Shown in pieces: positions 52,548-64,000 of a stretch of DNA of 64,000 nt. Numbering within the stretch: position 1 is the stretch's first letter; every line of letters starts with the position of its first letter. The notes under the pieces were generated by a model. That model had not been told where the DNA came from and searched no databases. It saw only the letters and a program-made list of their open reading frames with translations. The position numbers and the translations under genes were made by a program. The DNA comes from Camelus dromedarius (taxonomy: Eukaryota). The stretch is taken from the NCBI RefSeq assembly GCF_036321535.1, contig NC_087437.1:99202001-99266000 (forward strand), in the 5' to 3' direction.

Positions 52548-53659
52548 CTTGTTAAATACTGTTCTTTTGATGTTGTTTGTGACATAAATGACTTGATTTT
52601 GTTGTAGCTTTTTAAATAGTGCAAATTTTTATTTTTGCTTATAATTAAGATACTTAGAATCAATTTGACTTTATTTAGATACACTTTTAAGCTGTATTAC
52701 ATACTTTATTTCTGGAACAATACATATCACCACTAAAGTGACATTATTCTAAGGATTCTACCTGGTTCATGTGTATTATGAGGAATTTTCAGTCTAGCTT
52801 GTGGGAACAAAATTTATTCCCAGCCCTCTGTGAGCTCCAGGAGTTGTTCTGCCTAATCCTCTGTGGTGGTACTTTTTCCAGTCTCTGGTAGTTTCCTCTC
52901 ATGCATGCATAGGTCAGTACTCAGCCAAAGACTTTGGGGAGCCCCTCTACACATCTCCAGACCTGTCTCTGTATGTAACTCCTTGTACAAATTATAGCCC
53001 CTGTGACCTCCCCAATTTTAATTCCTGACTCCTCAACTGAGAGGGACTGCCAGGCTCTATTTGGGTTCACCCTCTGCTCTGTGGTCTGGAAATCACCTGC
53101 AGGCAGTAAGCTGCAGCAATCTTAGGAATTGCCTTGAATGTTTCCCTCCTTTCGCGTATCGCACCCCTCTATTTCCTGTTGTCCAACAAATGGAAACTAT
53201 TGTATATATTTTGCCTGACTTTCTAGTTGTTTAATTTGGGAAGGCAAATTAAGTTCCTGTTGTCTTGGTCAGGAACAAAAGTCTTGTTAAAAGTTTCATA
53301 AACTGTAGACTCCTGTACAATCATCCATATTATATTTTGGGAATGAGCTCTTATAATTGGTACCTTCTCATAACCAGGATTTCTGTTTCCATGTTTCTTC
53401 CCCTCTTTCTGTATGCATATAACTGTAAAAATGGCCTTTCTAAAGCGCAAATATGGTCATGCCTCTTCCCTGCTTAAAAGTTTCCAGTGGCTCCATCAAA
53501 GTGAAGTCCAAAGTTATTATAAATGTTTGTACATTTTTATGACTTGGCTTCTTCATTACTTGGTGGCCTCATCTCATATGCCCCTCTATGTTGCACTTGA
53601 TTCTCCACCATAGTAAGGGCCCTCATACTTATTCTCTCCTCCCTCTCATTACACATGAA

Positions 53660-53818
53660 CATTTCCATCTATAAAAAGGAGAAATAAAAAGAGCTACTTC
53701 ACACAATTTTCATGAGAACCAATTGACTTAATATATATGAAGTACTTAGAACAGTGTTCTAAGCACATAGTTCATACTCAGTAAATGTTAGCTGCTATTA
53801 TTATTGTTATTATTATTG
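53660..53818 (+). mobile_element. MIR SINE 3' part
   Basis: tatatgaagtacttagaacagtg...cacatag...ctcagtaaatgttagctgctattattatt. Confidence 0.7.
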
Positions 53819-54883
53819 AGTATGAACTATGTACACTTTGGAAACACCAGTTCATAAGATATATTATCTATAATTTACAATATACTTTGAAGTAAATTAC
53901 TTTTAGGTTGTCCCAGCTCATAGTGAACTTTAAAAAATGAATTAAAAAAAACAACAGAAACAATTATCTCTGAAAAATAACTATATTTTTCCATAGTCAA
54001 AGATATTTAGCATGCTAATTCTTTTTCTTTTCAAATTATTTTGCTCTTTGTTCATTGATATTTCTCTGATGCATTTCGAAAGATTCAGTGGAAACAATTT
54101 GATAAGATTATCTTTTGACTGTTATTGTATTTGCTCTATATTAATATTAATGAAGTAAAGAACTGCAAAGATGTATACATAATGTTTATTTACTGTTTTA
54201 ATATTGAGTAAATTTTTTAACACTTACTATTTTACTGAATCCTCATAACCATGTCATTTTACATGTGCGAGTAGAATTTCCAAAAGCATTTAAAATTATT
54301 ATTTTAAAATAAAGTTTCCCATTACTATATTTGCATTATAGTCAGCAATGTTAGCAGAAAAAATTCCAGAGAATAACCTTCTAAAAATTAAATTTTGTTT
54401 TGATGCTTATTACTTCTCAGGAAAAACAGAATGATATTTCCCATTCCCCCATCTCATTTTAGGAGGGTGGTCAGCTGTCAAAGCATTTTTATGTTCCAGC
54501 ATAGGGAAGAAAAAAGATTTCTGGACAGAATGGGCCATCTGGGAGAAAACCCCAAACAGGTTTTAAATTTTAAATTCTCAACTCTTGAAGGAAAGCTAAA
54601 CTATTTTGCCACTGAATGGGAGCAAGTAAATCTTCAGCAGTAAAGAATGGAAGTCCCACTGCTGAAATGAGGAACAGAAATTTCTCTGGGTTAGTGGAGA
54701 AGAAAAGTTTTAGGTTCTTGGAAGCAATGTATACCTACTTGAATAAAGTGCCCCACAGCTAGTAAAACCCAATGTAGATTTAACACCAAGTGTGCCTGTC
54801 TTTGATGGCCTTCAAGGCTGAGTGCAACATGAATGACAATTCCTGCTTCCAGATGGATCTGGTTTAAGAGTTGTGGCAGTGAG

Positions 54884-55135
54884 TAAGTGATGGGGATGTA
54901 GTGTACAGCGTGGTGACTATAGTTGATAATACTGTATTGCATATTTGAAAGTAGCTGGGGGAATGGATCTTGAAAGTTCTCAAGAAAAAAAAGTTGTAAC
55001 TATGTGTGATGGCAGATATTACCTGGACTAATATATACAAATATTGAATCATTATGCTATACATCTGAAACTAACATAATATTATATCAATTATATCTTA
55101 ATTAATTATTTTTTAAAATAAAAGATCAAAAAAAT
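54884..55135 (+). mobile_element. L1 3' end (L1MA9-like)
   Basis: ggggatgtagtgtacagcgtggtgactatagttgataatactgtattgcatatttgaaagt...tacatctgaaactaac, followed by an A-rich tail. Confidence 0.85.
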
Positions 55136-55529
55136 AATTCTGGCAGTAGTGAATACTATAATCTAAGAACCATGAGCCTCCTTACCTCCTGGACCACATG
55201 GGCCTAAAATTCTTGTATGATCTTATATGACTTCAGAGAGTCTGGGGAAAGCCTCAGAAGTGGATTAATAGTGAACTTCCCACAAGCTCAGCTATTGTGG
55301 TTATGACTTGGAGTTAATCTTATTAAAAAAATAATTTATGTAAATTGTATTGCTTGTTTTGTTGGTATCAGAATAATTCATACCTGGTAAACCTATCTTA
55401 ATGTTTTTTAAAGGCAAACATAATTTTTAGCTGTCTTCTCAATAGCAGATTCTTGATAAATAATAATTAAATAAACAAATGTCATATTCTATTTTAGTAA
55501 TAATTATAGCACTGTGACACTAATTGAAA

Positions 55530-55760
55530 CAACTAACATTTACTGAATGTTTACTATATATCAAGCTTTAGACTCTGTTTATGAATGAACCTCATTTAGT
55601 TCTTACAGCATATCATGATGGAGGTATGGTTTTTATTCCCATTTTAAAGATAAGTAAACTGAGGCTTAGAAACACAGATTGTCTTGCCTAAGATCATACA
55701 ACTAATCAGAGGGTTAACCTAGACAGCTTGTCTCTAGAATCTACAGTCCTAATCACTAAT
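55530..55760 (-). mobile_element. MIR SINE
   Basis: ctaacatttactgaatgtttacta...cccattttaaagataagtaaactgaggcttaga...cttgcctaagatcatacaacta. Confidence 0.75.
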
Positions 55761-56070
55761 TTAGAGCACTTTTCTTTTAATCATGTGGACAAATCAATTT
55801 AGTAACCATATCAGCTACAATACCTGGTACACATTAATTTTTTCTTTGATTGGTTTGCTTTTCATTAGAATTATTATAGTGATCAGCAGGGTCAGTGTTT
55901 TTCCTGTCATGACCCCTCCCATCTCAAATTCTGAAATGCATAGTCTCAGAGAGAAAGAATTGGTTCATAATTTTAGGCCCAGTCCTTGGAAAGATCAATC
56001 CCTCTAATGCTCATCTTCCTCCCAGTTAGTAAGGTCTAGGTCCTTGCATCTCTTTGGATTCTCTTTTCAG

Positions 56071-56330
56071 AGGCAAAAGAAAAGGAGAAAGCTTTGGATT
56101 TTGTCCAGTATCTTTTTGAGTCTTAATATTATCGTCTGTAGTGAGGACAACCAATAACTGTGAAAATAGCAGTGGTTATTCGTATTTTCATTGTTTATTT
56201 CTAACACTCCTGAGTGCCACGTTTTTCACCGTATGGGTTTGTCTGCAACAGAGAGAGCTATGGCAAAAGCTACGGTTGCCACTATCTTTACATGGAATGG
56301 AAGGATATTTTCCATTGTGATGCAAAACAG
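56071..56330 (+). ncRNA. Candidate non-coding exon (260 nt)
   Basis: Acceptor ttctcttttcag at 56070 and donor CAG|GTAATT at 56331. The sequence is non-repetitive with several retained CpGs, and has stops in all three frames. Confidence 0.35.
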
Positions 56331-56619
56331 GTAATTTCTGACAGTGTTGAAAATAATTCCCTCTCTGTGCTTAGCCCATAGCTGATAATTGATACTGCAT
56401 CTTCATAACCAGACGATGCTTACTGTGGATGATCTTGATTATGGTCCGCCCTAAAAAAGTTGGGAGGTATGATGGCATCTATTTTACTTCCTATCTTTCT
56501 GTTTTCCTCCCTCCTTTCCTTCCTGGGGGATGTGTACTCACGCATGTGTGTGTGCATATGTGTGTGTCTGTGTCTCAGTCAGTTTTAATGTGTGCATGTC
56601 TCTTAGTAGAGTCCTTTCA

Positions 56620-57225
56620 TCTCAACCTTCCTATTGTATCTGAAATTCATCCACCTTTCTCCATCTCTACTGTCTCTACGTAAATCATTTCAGCCTGAAT
56701 GATAGATAACCTCTCCATTGATGTTTCCACTTCTGCTCTTGTTTCTCCATAATCTATTCTCACACAAAATCCAAAGGATATTTTTGGAATGAAAACCTGA
56801 TCATGATATTGCCTGCTGCTTAAAAATATTTGATGTCTGCCTGAAATTCGTAATATGTCTAATCTTCATGATCTTGTTCCTGTAAACATATGAAGCTACA
56901 TTCACTTTCTAGATAAGTAGCTTTTGTGTTTTTTGATCACAGTAAGAAATGTATTTTGCATCATCATTCAGGACATACATTACACACATAAATACACACA
57001 CGTGCTTAAAAAACGTTTCACAGAAATATTTACCTTTTCTACAAATGTACACACACACCAACACACACCCACATATATATGTGATGTGTATTATGTATGT
57101 GTGACTGTTTAATATCTGTTCCCCCTTACTACATGGGACCAGTTCAATTTGTGTATTACCTTGTTTCTAGTACCTAGTAGTATCCAATAGAGAATAGCTA
57201 CTCAGGGTTTATTTGTTGAATAAAT
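56620..57225 (+). mobile_element. L2 LINE fragments with an interposed CA-rich low-complexity stretch
   Basis: tctgaaattcatccacctttctccatctctactg...aaaacctgatcatg; 3' end ctagtacctag...tatttgttgaataaat. Confidence 0.55.
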
Positions 57226-57364
57226 ATATCTTAATGTTTTAACTTTATCAGGAAATGATTATCTCCAAAATACTACTCAGTGATGCTGATTTGGTTTATA
57301 AGCTCTGATATTTAGATAGAATAGTTGCTAAACAGAAATTATCAAGTAAAGCCATATAATTAAA

Positions 57365-57628
57365 GGATAGGGAGGGATAAATTAGGGGTTAGGGATTAAT
57401 AGACACACATTTCTATATATAAAATAGGTAAACAACAAGGACCTACTGTATAGCACAAGGAAATATATTCAATTTCTTGTAATAACATATAATGGAAAAG
57501 AATCTGAAAAGAAAAAATATATATGTATGTATATGTATATAACTGAATCACTTTGCTGTACACCTGAAACTAACATTGTAAATCAACTACACTTCAATAA
57601 AAATTTTAAATATAAAAAGAGAAAAAAG
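57365..57628 (+). mobile_element. Young L1 3' end, cetartiodactyl type
   Basis: gggagggataaattaggggttagggattaatagacacac...aacaacaaggacctactgtatagcaca...taactgaatcactttgctgtacacctgaaactaac...cttcaataaaaa, followed by an A-rich tail. Confidence 0.9.
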
Positions 57629-58680
57629 GTATTATTTTAATAAAAAATTGTTTTGAACTTTGAATTTTGATTTGGTGAAGGTGTTTGTCAAAATATATCT
57701 TAGCAAATTCACTGCTAATTGCTTTTGGAATTTGTATTACAAAGTCCCTTACTTGCTTTTATTCTTTCTATTTCATTTTTAAAGAACTTTATTTGTAATT
57801 ACATTTAACATATAAATAATCCTTTTGCCCAGTTTTTAATATTATATTTTAAATAGGAGTTATAAACGAATGCTATGTTTGCAAAAGCATGTTACAGAAA
57901 AGTTTTTTCTCTGTAATTTGCAATTAAGTAGTTTTCTATAGGAAGCGTAATGCTCAGGAAATATTTCCCATTTCTGTTTATATATGTTGTCATTTTATGT
58001 GTTAATTATAAGTAACTCACAGTGTAATTTTCCTTTAAAATCTGTAATAGTAGCTATTTCAGTGACAGTTTCGCATATTAGACATTTTAATGTACACTAT
58101 AAGATAAAGGGAAACAAGCTACATTTTAAAAATATTTATGTTTCTTTGTTTAAAGTAGAACATCACATTTTTCCTGCCTCCAAGCAGAGATACATATTCA
58201 TTTATTAGATGAGATTCAACATTGTAAAATCCATTAAACAGTACCTGTGTGTCTGAAAGCTTTAGGCGTTAATAGAGGATGTTTGGAAATCTGAAGAAAT
58301 GGGGGTCTGAGCTGGACATGTAAAGTTCATTAAATTTGAGGACATACTAGAGTCTGCTTTAAGGTAGATACATCATGATGGTTGATTAAAAAAAAAAATC
58401 TGGTGTTTGTAATTGATGTGGGACTGCACAGATAACTTCCTTCCTAGGATATTTGAGCTAGCTATCAAGCCTTTTAGCTTTCAATGTTGGATATAATTTA
58501 TATTGGCCTCAAGCACTAAAACCAAATGATTACACATATTAACTATTTGGTGGCCTTAATACAGTATAGCTTTAGACTAGGACTTGAAAGGAGGCAGAAG
58601 TATATTACTCTAGTCTTCAGAGATACCAACATACATCTAATGTTGAGATTGATTTCCTAATGTCATGTATTATTTCCATT

Positions 58681-59192
58681 GTTTTTTTCTTTGCAAAGCT
58701 CCAATAGCTGTGCTCTGGAAGCACAAATTTGTATTGAAGTCCTGAGAAATTTCTTGCATCAGATGCTAGAAGGGAAGATTGTGAATCAGTTCAATGGACT
58801 TCTGATGATGTCTAACTTCTTGGCATGCCACAGTATCAGGCCTATAATGATGAGGTTTCTTCCCCCTTCCAGTAGAGGGCGCACTCTTGTGAGCCCCTTT
58901 GAGAGCCAGTTGCTTCCTCCTTGCTCTACCACTGGTCAATTTGCAGCCAGTCGGCTTTGTAGGATCCTTGGTATGGAGGTCTCCTTACTTACCCTACTTC
59001 TCCTTCCCCTAGAGCTCTGTGACCCAGAGTCTGCACTGGCATTAGGGAGTGACCGTGGTGTGGTGGAGGCTGTGAACACAACTGAAAGATGGCTGACACC
59101 AAGCCCATCCCCTGATATGCACAGCCTGCCTTCCATACCCTGTGTCAGTCAGTCACACACAGTCTGTTGCATTTCTCAATATCAGGTGTGGT
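58681..59192 (-). pseudogene. H3F3A: Processed, 3'-truncated histone H3.3 (H3-3A/H3F3A) pseudogene
   Basis: Minus strand 58969-58691 translates [92 protein letters not shown]. The H3.3-specific S31 and AIG are present, the ATG is mutated to AAG, and there is an internal TAG. Upstream gtgtcagccatctttcagttgtgttc...gaaggagaag...ggtaagtaaggag matches the spliced H3F3A 5' UTR; no introns. The symbol is that of the parent gene. Confidence 0.92.
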
Positions 59193-60132
59193 TATTATTT
59201 CTTCTAAAATCATTTAAAGGGAAAATAGGGTTATTTCTTGGTGCTTTTTATAATTTAAAAAATTGGAAAGGAAAACTGACTCAAAAAGTGATAATGGTTG
59301 AGGTCGAGTATTTATGTTTTGCTGTTCAACCCTTGAACTCAAATATGGTATGAATAGTGTGTCCTTACGATCGTTTATTAGTTAGGTAACAACTGAGTTG
59401 CAGTGGGATTTTAAAATAATTATGAAATTTTGGAAGAATTCTCAAAAAAGCTATTTTTAAAAAATTTTTTCTATGTAAATTGAAAGAATTTATTGCATAC
59501 TTGTCTGTTTCTTGCCCAGACATTACACTTCTTTTTCACAATGATGGTTTAAATCTATCTTTCTCCAAAAGGTATAGGGATGATTATTTTTTCAGTCACA
59601 TTTCTTATACTTATGGCCCTTTCCTGGATCAGACTGTATTGTTAGTGCTATCTTTGGGGCCATGTCTTGGCCACTTAGTGTTAAAAGATGAGCTGGGGTG
59701 AAGTCATTTAGAGGAGGGGCAAGGCAACTTATAACCTGAAGGAAAAAGGATTCAAAAGCTCAAGTATTGCTATTTGAAGATATGCTAGACTTTATCTTCT
59801 CAGCCTGTGGCTTCAGTAAGTAGGACTGGGCAGTTTTTGGCAAATACCACTGTGGTAGATATCATTGTATTTTTACTTCATCCACCACTGCACCTTCTAA
59901 TTTCCCCTTTCTACTTCTCTCCATTCATATTGGTATCTTGGTAAAACATAATCCAGCTTATTCTATGGCTTCTGTTAATAGAGTGGTGAGTTTTAATCAG
60001 TGGTGAGCATCTTACGCAATCAAGATTCTTCTCTTCTGCTTTGAAATTGGGATTGTGAGCCAGCTCAATTTTTTCTCATTGCCTGGGTTGGGACATGTAA
60101 AATTTAGGAGCTGTCAAAAGCTATAGTTTCTC

Positions 60133-61541
60133 TTTTTTTTCCCTTCCAGTTTTATTGAGATATAATTGACATACACCACCATATGAATTTGAGGTATACA
60201 GTGTAATGATTTGACTTACATAAATCATCACCAGAAATGATCACCGGAAAAAAATTCGTGAATAGCCATCATCTCAAATAGAGTCAAAATTAAAGAAATA
60301 GAAAAAATATTTTTAATGTGACTAGAATTTGTAGGATTTATTCTCTTAATAACTTGCATATATAACAAAAGTAGTGTTAATTATATTTATCATGTTTTAC
60401 ATTATGTCCCTACTACTTATTTATCTTATTAGAAGTTGCTACCTTTTGACTGCCTTCACCCAAACTCCCCTCCCCTTACATCCACCTCTGACAACCAGAA
60501 ATTTGATTTCTTTTTCTATGAGTCTGTTTGTTTTTGAAGTTTAATTGACCTACAACAGTATGTTAGTTCCTGTTACATGACATAGTGAATTAATATTTCT
60601 ATGTTCTTCAAAATGATCGGCACGATGAGTCTAATTACTGTCTATCACCATACAAAGATATTACATAATTATTGGCTATATTCCCCACAGTGGACATTTC
60701 ATACCTGTGACTCATTTATTTTGCGACTAAATGTCTGGAACTTTTAATCTCCTTTACTTATTTCTCTCCTCTGGCAACCACATGATTATTCTCTGTATAT
60801 ACGATTTTGGGTTTTTTTTTCTTTTTGTTATGTTTGTTCACTTGTTTTATAGATTCAACATATAAGTGAAATCAAACCATATTTGTCTTCCTCTGTCTGA
60901 TTTATTTCACTTAACCTAATACCCTCTAGGTCCATCCATTGGCGCAAATGGCAAGATTTCATTTTTTATGGCTAAGTAATATTCCATTGTATGTTTATAT
61001 ACCACATCTTCTTTATCTGTTCATTTATTGTTGGACACTTAGGTAGCTTCCATATCTATTTTGGCTATTGTAAATAATGCTGCAATAAACATAGGGGGAA
61101 ATATCTTTTCAAATTAGTGTTTTCATTTTCTTCAGGTCAGTAGTGAAGAGTGAGATTGCTGGATCATGTGGTAGTTCTATATTTAATTTTTTGAGGAATC
61201 TCTGTACTCTTTTCCATAGTTACAGCATCAATTTACAGTACTACCAATAGTGTACAAGGAATCCCTTTTCTCTGCATCCTCCCCAACACATGCTATTTGT
61301 TGTATTTCTTTTTTTTTAATTTGTTGTCTTTTTGATAATACCCATTCTGACAGGTGTGAGGTGATACCTCATTGTGATTTTGATTTGCATTTCCGTGATG
61401 ATTAATGATGTTGAGTGTCTTTTCATGTGCCTATTGGCCATCTTTATGTCTTCTTTGGAAAAAATGTCTATTCAGATCCTTTGCCGATCTTTTAATTGGT
61501 TGTTTGTTTTTGAGATGTTGAATTGTATGAGTTCTTTGTTT
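60133..61541 (-). mobile_element. 5'-truncated L1 (3' UTR and ORF2 end) with a 16-bp target-site duplication
   Basis: Poly(T) at 60133, then antisense L1 3' motifs and the ORF2 C-terminal peptide ([12 protein letters not shown]). TSD aaagctatagtttctc (60117-60132) / aaagctatagcttctc (61542-61557). Confidence 0.92.
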
Positions 61542-61699
61542 AAAGCTATAGCTTCTCATAGGTGGATTGGAGACAGAAAAGTCATTCTGCAGCAGAGAGG
61601 AACATAGAGCAGATGAATACAAGGAAGAAGAAATGAGCAATATTAAAAATTCAGGAAAAAAGAATGAGTCCCTGGTTGTGATGTGGATGATGTAGAAAA

Positions 61700-62070
61700 T
61701 GAGACATGATCTTGAATCCAGCAGCAGTAGATGTGGTTTCCTGTTGGTAACGACTATGATCTTGTCGGTTTATAAATCTTGGTCGCTAACACTTTAGGTT
61801 GGTGATGATGTGGTTCTGGGGCTAGCTGCTTTACTGGAAGCTTCCCAGTTTTCCAGGCAGCTTCCCTCTGTAGAAGCAGTGCTAGTTTTCACCATGGCCT
61901 AGTCCTGAATTGTGGCTTTAGGAGTTCTTCCTAAAAGTTCAACCTAGAGTGTTTTTTTTCCAGGCCTGCCAGCAATTCTGTAGGGCATTTAACACCCAAT
62001 AGTAAATCATTTGAGGCTCAAAATGTGAAATGTGGATTCTGTTCCCTGCAACTGAACCGTAACAAATGCA
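61700..62070 (+). mobile_element. Old ERVL/MaLR-type LTR remnant (MLT2F-like 3' part)
   Basis: Ends caattctgtagggcatttaacacccaatagtaaatc...gtggattctgttccctgcaactgaaccgtaacaaatgca. Confidence 0.45.
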
Positions 62071-64000
62071 ATAAGTAAAGAACATTGCTTGTCACATAGT
62101 AAGCACTCAAAATGTGTTAGGGGATATTATAAATATACTCATTCATATGGGCTTGAGAGTTACTGGTAAACAAACAGACAAAAAGCATGCTCTCAGATGC
62201 AATATACATGTTAATGAAATGAGATGGATAATGATCAATACAGAGGAAAAAGTAAGTACATTTTAGCCCATGTCAGAAGGTGGTAAGAGCTAAGAAAAAA
62301 GAATTAGATAGGGTATTTATAGCATTTAATAAGGTCCTCAGGGTATGTGATATTTGAGCAAAGACTTGAAGAAGGTGTCTATTTTTTAAAATATTGTTAG
62401 GACAAGATTAAATTATTGTATTAACATTGTATTAAATTAATACAAGATTAAAGATGAAACTAACTTCTCTTTGATACTTATAATGAGTCTTTAAATATAA
62501 AATTAAAATAACATTAAAGAAAAAAGCCCATCTCACTACCATCTTTGTCAAATCATCATTCACCTTTTCCAGATGGTAACTGACATATAGACTGTAACAC
62601 AAGTCCTTCCCCACACTGATCTGCACAGATCATCAAACGGTGGAGTTTTCCTCGCTTGTATCTCATTTAGATCCAGAGCAACTGATGAGTGGGTTGAAAC
62701 TGAACAAGGAATTACTTGCAGGCCATTGGGTTAGAGTAATAGAAGGAAAGTTTCAAATTTTGGTGAGTATAACAATAACAAAAGAAGAGAATTTTCCACA
62801 GGATAAGGGTTTCACACAATTACCAGTTGCAAGAAACCTCAGAATGCACAAATGTCTTCTGTAACAGCAAGGATCATTCCAATTTGCGAAAATGTCCCAA
62901 ATCGAAACAACCATTTCCTTTGTGATTACAAAGGCCTGTGAAATGGAGTTTCTGCCTTCCCTGTTGCGGCCACTCTAGCTTAAGTTTTTACTAGATATTT
63001 TTGCCCCTTTGTCACACATCACATTACTGACCAGTACGGACTTGAAATACACTAAAAACTCATTCATTCATGCCCACTCTGTGTGCTCTTCTGTACTCTT
63101 GCAGTTTTCTTTTTCAAATTCTTACAGCTGAATTTTATCATTTTTCCTGTTAAATTTTATCTTGTTAGGCTTGAATCATTGTTCTGACTAGTGAATCTAA
63201 GTATGAGTTGATTCTTTCATCAAATAAACAATTTTTGTCTGTCCCTCTTCACCCTTTTTCAAGCCCTCTTTTATTCCTACTTCATCAGACTAACGAATTC
63301 TTAAATATACCAAAACAGAAGAAGTGTGGCAGTATGCTAGTAGCAAGGTCTCACTGATTGCCCGTTGGTTCCACCCTTGTGGGGATGATCATTGAGCCAT
63401 TTTTACATTTGCTGGCGTGAAAAGCAGTGTGCCCATTGAATTAATGAACTACCATGTGGTTTAATGTGTGAATTATCAATAACTCTCTGGGGTTTTTTGG
63501 TCTTTAGAGGAGAACCATATCATGAAGCTTGAAATGCTACTATTAGGATTAAATAAATTAGTCAAATTCCTGGTATATAGTAAATATTCTGAGTTGAAGT
63601 TCTCATTCATTTCTCTCCTTGCCTCCCTATTTTCTTAATAAGGAGGCCCCTGCCCAGTTTTGTCCACAAGAATATAATGCTTAAATCTCTTCCTGAAATT
63701 TAGATCACAATGACTACAGTATTTTTTATCAAACTGTGAAATTTTGAAGTCAGGATTTTAGTGTGATCATCCTTCTGTGCTTGACATCAAGGGTAACGCA
63801 GATACACAGAGGCAGTGGATGCAGGATGCTCTAGGGATAGACCTTGCCTCTGAGGTCAGACAGAACTGAACTGAAATCCTTTTTTTCAATCCCTCTACAC
63901 AAGTCACTGAACTTCTGTCAGCCTGAATTTCCACACCAATACATAGGGTTAGTAATAGTTTTCCACTCCAAGGACATGAGCAGAATCCCTGGCATATAGT

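Larger units (their letters stand above)
45720..53290 (-). mobile_element. Old, internally deleted L1 (L1MC/MD-like) running from 3' UTR to 5' region, interrupted by three younger insertions
   Basis: 3' UTR motifs at 45720-46000 and antisense ORF2 remnants at 46000-47940 and 50130-50900. Minus-strand ORF1-like peptides at 50989-51460 (e.g. KIKLLKITDKVKVLKSATEKIHITHQEAKIRITTDFSS). 5'-region motifs at 52750-53290. Confidence 0.8.

Noticed and set aside
54810..54840. gctgagtgcaacatgaatgac resembling beta-tubulin AESNMND
   Set aside because: The flanking codons do not match tubulin, and the match is too short.
58679..59353. 224-aa + strand ORF
   Set aside because: It is the antisense shadow of the H3.3 pseudogene running into flanking DNA, and has a non-ATG start.
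1..64000. CRISPR arrays, operons, tRNA/rRNA genes, known miRNA hairpins
   Set aside because: This is mammalian DNA. I saw no repeat-spacer arrays, cloverleafs, rRNA motifs or mature miRNA sequences that I recognise. A covariance-model scan would be needed to exclude small RNAs.

Overview
AT-rich mammalian genomic DNA, intergenic or intronic, with no intact protein-coding gene that I can support; the ORF-track entries are chance ORFs, repeat fragments or antisense shadows. The young L1 ends look cetartiodactyl-type, and I see no ruminant Bov-A/BovB, pig PRE-1 or CHR SINEs, so a camelid-like genome is my guess (inference). Both flanks are dense in decayed transposons: L1, L2, MIR, MaLR/ERVL LTRs and one Tigger-type element. 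There are two retropseudogenes. One is a U6 snRNA copy at ~529-633. The other is a processed H3-3A (histone H3.3) copy at ~58.7-59.2 kb that keeps its 5' UTR but stops at the last exon junction. A ~10 kb transposon-poor island (~24.8-34.4 kb) centres on a motif-rich block at ~28.2-30 kb with CCAAT/TATA elements and two well-formed candidate exons. It looks like the 5' end of a spliced lncRNA or the 5'-UTR exons of a large gene, which I cannot name. A younger L1 derivative (5' UTR plus half of ORF1, ending in AATAAA and a poly(A)) is nested in an old L1. Repeat family names come from recall of consensus sequences, not a search, and most repeat boundaries are approximate. I found no convincing new biological system.
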